This document shows positions 55,524 to 64,000 of a stretch of DNA of 64,000 nucleotides, one piece after another; position 1 is the stretch's first letter; each line of letters begins with the position of its first letter. Under the pieces are notes generated by a model. That model was given only the letters and a program-made list of their open reading frames with translations, was not told where the DNA came from and ran no database searches. The position numbers and the translations under genes were made by a program. Origin of the DNA: Nitrospirota bacterium (GTDB taxonomy: Bacteria; Nitrospirota; UBA9217); the NCBI GenBank assembly GCA_963741205.1, contig CAVUHW010000008.1:96001-160000 (forward strand). The letters run 5' to 3'.

Positions 55524-55735
55524 ATGCCCCCTTTATGGTGATGTCCTTATCGGGTCCGCATTGTATCACAAAAAGAAAATAATTTCCCGTCATTCTGCGG
55601 TTATGAAAGGATTCGCAATCTTCAACTGAATACGATTGAGGGGAAAATTTCGTGTCTGCTTGCAGTCTCGTTCTAGATGGTCATAGCGGGACAAACATAA
55701 TGCGGGGCAAGGGCTTGAGGGAGAGCGCTTGTTTC

Positions 55736-55906
55736 CTACTTTACAGCGGCGTCGAAATAGGAGGCTACGATGTAATGTAACAGCCTGTATCTCTCTGCCA
55801 GCTCCATGTCCAGGTAAAGGTCGCTGTCGATCAAAATATTAACGATCTCTTTTTCCTTTTCCTGGATGCAACCGGTTGTTCTCATCTCGTTCATTTTATT
55901 ACCCAT
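55736..55906 (-). CDS. Small hypothetical protein (56 aa) under a sigma54-type promoter
   Basis: EKEIVNILIDSDLYLDMEL.ERY.L amphipathic pattern; promoter just upstream. Confidence 0.6.
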   Translation of the reverse strand: MGNKMNEMRTTGCIQEKEKEIVNILIDSDLYLDMELAERYRLLHYIVASYFDAAVK

Positions 55907-55933
55907 CCTATCTATAATTCTGATTAATAATAA

Positions 55934-55948
55934 GCATATGGTATGCCA
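55934..55948 (-). promoter_or_regulatory. Putative sigma54 promoter
   Basis: TGGCATACCATATGC (GG-N10-GC) on the minus strand. Confidence 0.6.
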
Positions 55949-56206
55949 GAATTGTAAACTATTAAATTTCAGTGTATTACAAAATGAAGGGTTGGGTAAT
56001 TGCGCCAAAAGTGGGTCAAATGACATATTAGGTGGGCTTTTTTGAACTACTCCTTTAGTATGCTTATTAATTACCCCGGATCCCAGGTAGCCTGATAGCT
56101 AAGGTATTCGAGACCAGTGGGGTCAGCTGGCAAGGGGGGCAATGAGTGACTCGTTCGAGGATCTCCGCCGGAGTTCATTCTTTATCGGATTCCGCAGGGG
56201 CGCGCA

Positions 56207-57247
56207 TTAAAATTTGTACAGCACACCCGCATAGACCCCCTGCCGCGTCACGGTGGCCCAGTCCAGGTTCGAAACGTCTGAGGTCCCGTCCGCAAAAAAT
56301 GTCGTATCGGTCCCGTTCGTCGCGCGAAGGTAAAAAATCCGGTATCCCGCGGACAATTCCAGATTTTCCAAAACAGCATATGCCAACCCGACCGACACGT
56401 CGTAGCCGTAGCCGGTTGAAGAGGTCTGCGTGAAATTCGGCGGCTGTGAACGGAAATCGTTCCTACCGCTCCCCGCTCGCAGGTTCCAAAAACCGTCGCC
56501 CTTGTATTCTACGAAGGGATAAACGGACAGGGTTCCGATAAAAGAAAGCTGCTCCGTCAGAGAAGGTTGAAACAGGACACCCACTTTAAGGGCATCCCAG
56601 GAAAAATCGAAATTAGAATTGAGCACCAGGCCCGGGGGAAAAGGGCCTTTCGGCGGGAACACGGTCCCGTCGAAGGTCTCGGAAACGGTTTGTACGGCGT
56701 TCGTCATGTGCAGTTGGTCTTCATAATGGGTGTAGCCCAACACCGCCCCCCAGGGCCCATCATGTTTCCCGGAGAAACGATGGTTATTAAAGTAGAAATT
56801 TAATTCCCCCAGCTTGACGTTACCGTCGATATCATTTTTGGATTGAGAGAACTCCAGGCCTCCTCCCGAGTCCGCCAGAAACCTGTCCGTGTCCGTTCCG
56901 TGCCCGTTTCCGATCGAGCCCGTGCCTAGTAATACTTCAAAAGAAAAGTCCGGCCCAATGGCCGCTCCTCCCGTAATGATCCAAATTGGGCTGTCGATGT
57001 TATCGAAATCGAGCTCTGATTCGATCTTGCCCCGCGTGCCTGCGGGGGTATTTCCTGCCCGGTTATCACTCCGGGTGACATAAGGAAAGGAGATCTGCCA
57101 TTTTGCAAAGGCCGATGAGAACCAGCCCTGGATGCCGATTGCGGGATGAATCGATGACGCGTCCTCATCCATGCCGAAGGCGGCACCGGCGGTGGATAAA
57201 CAGATCGCAGTCATTATAAGCAGTGTCGCAAGAGTTTTTCGTTTCAT
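56207..57247 (-). CDS. Outer-membrane beta-barrel protein (omptin-like layout)
   Basis: Signal peptide, SELDF, amphipathic strands, terminal YKF. Confidence 0.7.
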   Translation of the reverse strand: MKRKTLATLLIMTAICLSTAGAAFGMDEDASSIHPAIGIQGWFSSAFAKWQISFPYVTRSDNRAGNTPAGTRGKIESELDFDNIDSPIWIITGGAAIGPDFSFEVLLGTGSIGNGHGTDTDRFLADSGGGLEFSQSKNDIDGNVKLGELNFYFNNHRFSGKHDGPWGAVLGYTHYEDQLHMTNAVQTVSETFDGTVFPPKGPFPPGLVLNSNFDFSWDALKVGVLFQPSLTEQLSFIGTLSVYPFVEYKGDGFWNLRAGSGRNDFRSQPPNFTQTSSTGYGYDVSVGLAYAVLENLELSAGYRIFYLRATNGTDTTFFADGTSDVSNLDWATVTRQGVYAGVLYKF

Positions 57248-57486
57248 GCGGTCCCCACGATCCCGGCAGATGCGACAGGGGATTTTCCTTCGCCGGTCAA
57301 CTGGTTTAGTTCCATTCATTTTATCTATTGTAGCTCATTTATCGCTTCTCCGATGCTCATTAAACGAACAGGTGCTTAAAGCGTTGTCTGTGATATCGAA
57401 TGCCGCATGATCGTCATAAATCGTTTAGATCAAGAGGACCGGCATGAAATCAATGCATTATCCGTTCTGATCCTGCGACATGCTGA

Positions 57487-57501
57487 TGGCATGAGCATTG
57501 C
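57487..57501 (+). promoter_or_regulatory. Sigma54 promoter of porin-amtB-glnK operon
   Basis: TGGCATGAGCATTGC; NtrC-like 17-mer TGCTCATTAAACGAACA ~130 nt upstream. Confidence 0.75.
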
Positions 57502-57630
57502 TAAAGAGGTAACCAGAGAATGATTGCGAAGCAATGTTCTGAAAGCTCCAAAGGCTGTCAGCGACTTACAGCGCCCTGCGAAAAGCTCGCGGGGCATGAT
57601 CGACATCATTAACTATGATAGGGGGGAAGT

Positions 57631-58788
57631 ATGAACAGAAAGAAGATCGTTCAGTTTGTGTGCACCGCACTGATTGCGGGCACGGTAGTGTCAGCGGCAC
57701 CGGTTTTTGCGGAGGACCCGAAGCCGGCGGGCCTCAACCCGGACGAGGTGAAGAAGGCGCTCGGCATCAGTTTCTATGTCCAGGGCGGCTACACATACAA
57801 TGGAAACGCCACCGACGGCGTTACCAAGGCTTCGGAAAACGACCTCAGGGTGTTCGACCACAAGGCGAACAGCTTCAGCCTCGATCTGGCGCAGATCGTG
57901 GCATTAAAGGATGTGGCTAAGGCGGGGGACGGCGGTTACAAGATCAAACTCTCCGCCGGGGAAACGGCAAAGTGGATCCATGCGCGCGGCTTAAGCGGCG
58001 CTACGCTTGACACGCCGCAGGCGGGGGAGGGGACCGACAGCATCGACGTTACGGAGGCCTATGTGAGCTACATGGCGCCCCTCGGCAGAGGGCTCAGGTT
58101 CGACGCCGGCAAGATGGTGACCTACTTCGGCGCGGAGGTTATCGAGGCAATAGACAACCCGAACTATTCGCGGTCGTTCCTGTTCAACTATGCAATCCCG
58201 TTTACGCATACCGGCGTGAAGGCGAGCTATGCCTTTACCGATGCGCTGAATGCGAGCCTCCACGTTGTGAACGGTTGGGACAACGCTGAAGACAATAACG
58301 CCGGCAAGAGTTTCGGCGTCAGCATCGGCTATGCCCCTGCTGAAATATTCTCGGGGTATGTCAACTTTATGACCGGTCCGGAGCAGGACAGCAACAGCAG
58401 CAACACGAGGACGCTTGTCGACTTGGTCGCCACGATCAAGCCGATAAAGCCGCTCTCGATCATCCTGAACTATGACGATGGGAAGGAAGACAAGGCGATT
58501 GCGGCAGGCGATGCAAAGTGGTCCGGTTTTGCGGGTATCGTGAAGTTCGATTTCAATGACAGGTACAGCCTTGCGGTCAGGGGCGAGTCCTTCGACGACA
58601 AGGACGGCTTCAGGACCGGCACGGTGCAGAAGCTGACGGAAATTACGGTCACTCCGGAGATCCGGCTTAGCGGCGGTTTGATCCTCCGTCCTGAATACCG
58701 GCACGATACGTCCGACAAGCAGTCCTTCGACAACGGCACGAAGAAATCCCAGGACACCCTCGCGCTCGCCGCGATGTATAGATGGTAG
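57631..58788 (+). CDS. Putative porin (BBP2/DUF1597-type beta-barrel)
   Basis: Signal peptide, G.EVIE...N.NYSRS.LF..A.PF.HTG, VNGWD, RPEYR.D. Confidence 0.85.
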   Translation: MNRKKIVQFVCTALIAGTVVSAAPVFAEDPKPAGLNPDEVKKALGISFYVQGGYTYNGNATDGVTKASENDLRVFDHKANSFSLDLAQIVALKDVAKAGDGGYKIKLSAGETAKWIHARGLSGATLDTPQAGEGTDSIDVTEAYVSYMAPLGRGLRFDAGKMVTYFGAEVIEAIDNPNYSRSFLFNYAIPFTHTGVKASYAFTDALNASLHVVNGWDNAEDNNAGKSFGVSIGYAPAEIFSGYVNFMTGPEQDSNSSNTRTLVDLVATIKPIKPLSIILNYDDGKEDKAIAAGDAKWSGFAGIVKFDFNDRYSLAVRGESFDDKDGFRTGTVQKLTEITVTPEIRLSGGLILRPEYRHDTSDKQSFDNGTKKSQDTLALAAMYRW

Positions 58789-58816
58789 GGAATACGAAAG
58801 AAAAAGGAGATTTACT

Positions 58817-60870
<2,054 letters not shown>

Positions 60871-61009
60871 AAGGACCACCGCGGCCTTCACCTATGACAG
60901 TGAGTTTTTATTCCCGAATGCTTTTACGGAATTCTTGAAGTTTGATTGATAAGCTCTTTCAGGTATGACTGATGATATTTAGCATGGGCTCTTCGCAGCA
61001 AAACACATT

Positions 61010-62055
61010 ATGATCACCATCATCCTCATACTTATATTCCTGATATCCTGCTCCTCCCCATGCTGGTAAAGCGGGTCGAGCACAACCTCGAAGCTGTTCC
61101 TGCTCGTCACGGGAGGCGTCACACTTGCGTTATCCCACTTGTTCGGACCCGAGCCGCTCGTAAATCTTCGGCTCATTGAGTCGGCATTGTGGGAGCCCGT
61201 GAAACTTACGATCGCGACGCTGGTCTTCGGGCTCGCTTTCCGCGCGATACGTGAACCTCTGAAGAAGAAGGTCGTCCAGGTCGAAACACGGCTTGGGCCC
61301 CGTCTTTTTGCATTCCTGCTCATATTCGTCCTCGGGCTCGTATCGAGCGTGATAACGGCGATCATCGCGGCCCTCATCCTATGCGAGATCGTGAGCGCCA
61401 TCAACCTCGATAAGAAGTATGAAACGCGTCTGGTCATCTTCGCCTGCTTTTCGATCGGCATGGGCGCGGCCCTTACGCCGATCGGTGAGCCCTTGTCCAC
61501 GATTGCAGTGGCCAAACTGCGCGGCGGCGAGCTTGACGGTGATTTTCTGATGCTCTTGCGCGTTTTCGGGATCTATATCGTGCCGGGCCTTCGTCGTAGC
61601 GCTGGCAGGCGGGTTTTTCCGGGGACCGAGGTTGCGCGATCGGAAAGCCTGGTCGAGGATTTTGAGGAGCCGTTCGGTCAATCGCGCTCAGGGCGTTTAA
61701 GGTTTACATGTTCATCATGGCGCTGGTGCTCCTGGGCACAGGCTTCAAGCCGCTCATCGACATGTACATATCGAAGATGCCTGCCCCGCTCCTCTACTGG
61801 GTCAATATCACGTCGGCAATCCTCGATAACGCCACGCTTGCCGCAGCGGAACTCGGTCCTCATATGACTACTGCTCAGGTGAAGGGCATCATCATGGGGA
61901 TCATCATCTCCGGCGGCATGCTCATCCCCGGCAATATACCGAACATTATCGCCGCGAACAAACTGAAGATTTCGAGCAGGGCATGGGCAATGGCGGGTCT
62001 GCCCTTCGGCCTTTTGCTCATGGCGTTCTATTTCGTAATCCTGTATCTGCGGTAA
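61010..62055 (+). CDS. DUF1646 family membrane protein (putative cation transporter), frameshifted
   Basis: VEHNLE, SSVITAIIA, GAALTPIGEPLST, SAILDNATLAAAE, GGMLIPGNIPNII. Confidence 0.85.
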
Positions 62056-62202
62056 GTCCGAGAAGCTTCGGCACGCTTATTTTTTAGGCATTCGCTTAAA
62101 GCATCACCTTCACCGCGCATAACGAAATGAGATCGCTCTGAATTGCCAATATGCGTTTGTGTTGGAAAATCAACGATTGCACAGTATTCATGAAGGCGGG
62201 CG

Positions 62203-62217
62203 TGGCACAGGCCTTGC
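62203..62217 (+). promoter_or_regulatory. Sigma54 promoter of second P-II gene
   Basis: TGGCACAGGCCTTGC; NtrC-like CGCTTATTTTTTAGGCA at ~62074-62090. Confidence 0.75.
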
Positions 62218-62264
62218 TTTAGAAACACTGAATGGAAGATGCGAATTGAAGGAAGGAGATTCCT

Positions 62265-62603
62265 ATGAAAAGGATCGAAGCGATTATCCGTCCGGCAAAA
62301 GTTTCTGATGTCTGCGCTGCTTTGGACAAAGCGGGCCATCCGGGTGTGACGATCTCGGCAGTCGAGGGACGGGGTAGCCAAAAAGGGTGGGTCAATCAGG
62401 TCCGCGGCTCTGCATACGAGAGGAACTTGCTGGCCAAAGCGCGAGTGGAAGTAGTCGCAAGTGACGAAAATGCCGACAAGATCATCAAGGCCATACGAGA
62501 TGCGGCGTTGACCGGCGAGGTGGGCGACGGTAAGATATTCGTCCACGACATGGCCGATGCCATCAGGATACGGACCAACGAAAGCGGCATGGCTGCCATA
62601 TAA
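62265..62603 (+). CDS. Second, divergent P-II family protein
   Basis: IEAIIRP, G.G.QKG, RG..Y, TGEVGDGKIF, RIRT. Confidence 0.92.
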   Translation: MKRIEAIIRPAKVSDVCAALDKAGHPGVTISAVEGRGSQKGWVNQVRGSAYERNLLAKARVEVVASDENADKIIKAIRDAALTGEVGDGKIFVHDMADAIRIRTNESGMAAI

Positions 62604-62675
62604 CGAGATTCAACGGATAGCCTTATGGACTGGCTCTTTTCGGCTTTTTACAGCTCCATCAAGTAAGGAAAGGCG

Positions 62676-62744
62676 GCGATTTGAGAGGTCGCCGTCTATC
62701 CTCCCCGGGGGCCGGCATGTTCCATTGCATGCCGGCCCTTTTTT
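62676..62744 (+). repeat. Direct repeat copy 2 (with terminator)
   Basis: Near-identical to 60802-60870. Confidence 0.9.
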
Positions 62745-62781
62745 CACCTTCCCTTGACGGATTTATACTATAATAAAATCC

Positions 62782-63939
62782 GTGGATTATGTAAAACGAA
62801 ATATCAATCTGATGAGGGAGTTTTCAGTTCCGCTCATTGCCGGAGTGATGACCGCGCTTCTATGGGCGAACTTCGCGCCGCAAAGCTACCACGCCTTTCT
62901 CCACGCCCCCTTTCTCGGCCGCCTGAACTTTCACTTCCTCACGAACGACATCTTCATGGTATTCTTCTTCGGCATCGCCACGGTGGAAATTACGCAGAGC
63001 TTTCTTCCCGGAGGCGACCTCAGCCCCCCCAAAAGGGCGATCAATCCGCTCCTGGCGACGCTGGGCGGCGTGCTCGGTCCCGCTGTTGTCTACCTTATTT
63101 GCAATCATTTCATCGGCAGCGATGCGCTCCTGCGAGGATGGGGCATTCCGACAGCCACGGACATCGCCTTTGCCTGGCTCGTGGCGAGAATGGTCTTCGG
63201 GAGCAGCCATCCGGCGGTCTCCTTTCTGCTTCTGCTTGCCGTGGCAGACGACGCCATCGGGCTTGCCATTATCGCCATTTTCTATCCTGACCCTCATTTC
63301 CCGGTCGAGCCGGCATGGCTTCTGCTGACAGGACTCGGAATGGTCATTGCATTCTGTCTTCGTCTGGGGAAGGTGCGGACCTACTGGCCCTTCGTCATTT
63401 TAGGCGGGGGGGTCTGCTGGGCAGGGCTGTTCAAGGCCCATCTCCATCCGGCGCTTGCCCTCGTATTCATCATTCCTTTCCTGCCTCATGCGCCACGGGA
63501 GGACAAACACTTCTTCGAGGAGAACGAAGAAGACCGCTCTCCCCTTGCGCAATACGAGCACGAGTGGAAGGTGATCGTCGACTTCGGGCTCTTCATGTTC
63601 GGTCTTGCCAATGCAGGCGTCGAACTTTCGGCAGTCGGGGCCGCTACGTGGCTGGTCCTCGTGTCGCTCCTGGCGGGCAAGAGCATCGGAATTTTGGCCC
63701 TCGGGGCCCTCGCTGAATCGTTCGGGTTCCCGCTCCCCGCAGGCATGTCGAAAAAAGACCTGCTGGTGGCCGGGATGATTGCGGGGATCGGTTTCACTGT
63801 TGCCCTCTTTGTTGCCGGCGAGGCATTTACCGACCCGGTCAACCAGGCCGCCGCAAAAATGGGCGCGATGCTCTCCTTTGGCGCGGCCTTCATCGCCCTG
63901 CTGCTCGGAAAGATCCTGAACATTCGCAAGGTTCATTGA
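62782..63939 (+). CDS. nhaA: Na+/H+ antiporter NhaA family
   Basis: ND.FM..FF, GWGIPTATDIAF, LAVADD, LANAGV, AGIGFTVALF. Confidence 0.92.
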   Translation: MDYVKRNINLMREFSVPLIAGVMTALLWANFAPQSYHAFLHAPFLGRLNFHFLTNDIFMVFFFGIATVEITQSFLPGGDLSPPKRAINPLLATLGGVLGPAVVYLICNHFIGSDALLRGWGIPTATDIAFAWLVARMVFGSSHPAVSFLLLLAVADDAIGLAIIAIFYPDPHFPVEPAWLLLTGLGMVIAFCLRLGKVRTYWPFVILGGGVCWAGLFKAHLHPALALVFIIPFLPHAPREDKHFFEENEEDRSPLAQYEHEWKVIVDFGLFMFGLANAGVELSAVGAATWLVLVSLLAGKSIGILALGALAESFGFPLPAGMSKKDLLVAGMIAGIGFTVALFVAGEAFTDPVNQAAAKMGAMLSFGAAFIALLLGKILNIRKVH

Positions 63940-64000
63940 GGGAACGACGATTACCCTCTTCTGGCGGAGGTCGCGACAAGTAGTATAAGCGCTGACGTTA

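Noticed and set aside
57525-57600. ANTAR dual-hairpin element in the amt operon leader (GCAATG..CAAAGG)
   Set aside because: Closing base pairs around the hexaloops do not form and no terminator U-tract follows.
60871-61009. Na+-I (DUF1646) riboswitch upstream of DUF1646, or an nhaA motif upstream of nhaA
   Set aside because: I could not recognise the consensus and nhaA appears leaderless; an Rfam scan is needed to exclude it formally.

Overview
GC-rich (~58-60% by eye in coding regions) bacterial chromosomal segment. Gene order and content (hisG-hisD-murA-prmC-prfA-DUF1385-rpmE-rho, AhbD, split b6-type cytochrome b, DsrEFH-like proteins, lipid A pathway) suggest a diderm anaerobe or microaerobe such as Nitrospirota or Desulfobacterota; this is inference. 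About 17 genes, several of them essential, carry single-base frameshifts, most likely uncorrected long-read errors. In order, the window holds: a xanthine-dehydrogenase-family Mo/FAD pair; pdhABC; the his/mur/translation operon with rho; a Rieske/cyt b complex; a TusA-YeeE-DsrEFH-like sulfur relay; a sigma54-type Zn-ribbon/DUF2318/ABC cassette; a CFI-box-CTERM secreted protein with a partner OM beta-barrel; a peptidoglycan-recycling cluster; AhbD; a receiver-LpxC fusion; translation and transcription rescue genes; an AT-rich stretch of gene remnants (47.9-53.3 kb); a ParC/GyrA-like gene; and a sigma54 nitrogen cluster (porin-amtB-glnK, second P-II) interleaved with Na+ transporters. Most striking observations: (1) six consecutive gene junctions of the conserved housekeeping operon each hold a periodic (7-10 bp unit) inverted-repeat hairpin, of several sequence types; (2) a modular 23/21-bp palindromic element occurs in three copy-number variants; (3) a 28-aa ORF fuses a GspF/PilC-like N-terminus to a secretin-like C-terminus, a probable operon-deletion scar; (4) an apparently intact REC-LpxC fusion. 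No tRNA, rRNA, CRISPR array or intact transposase was seen.
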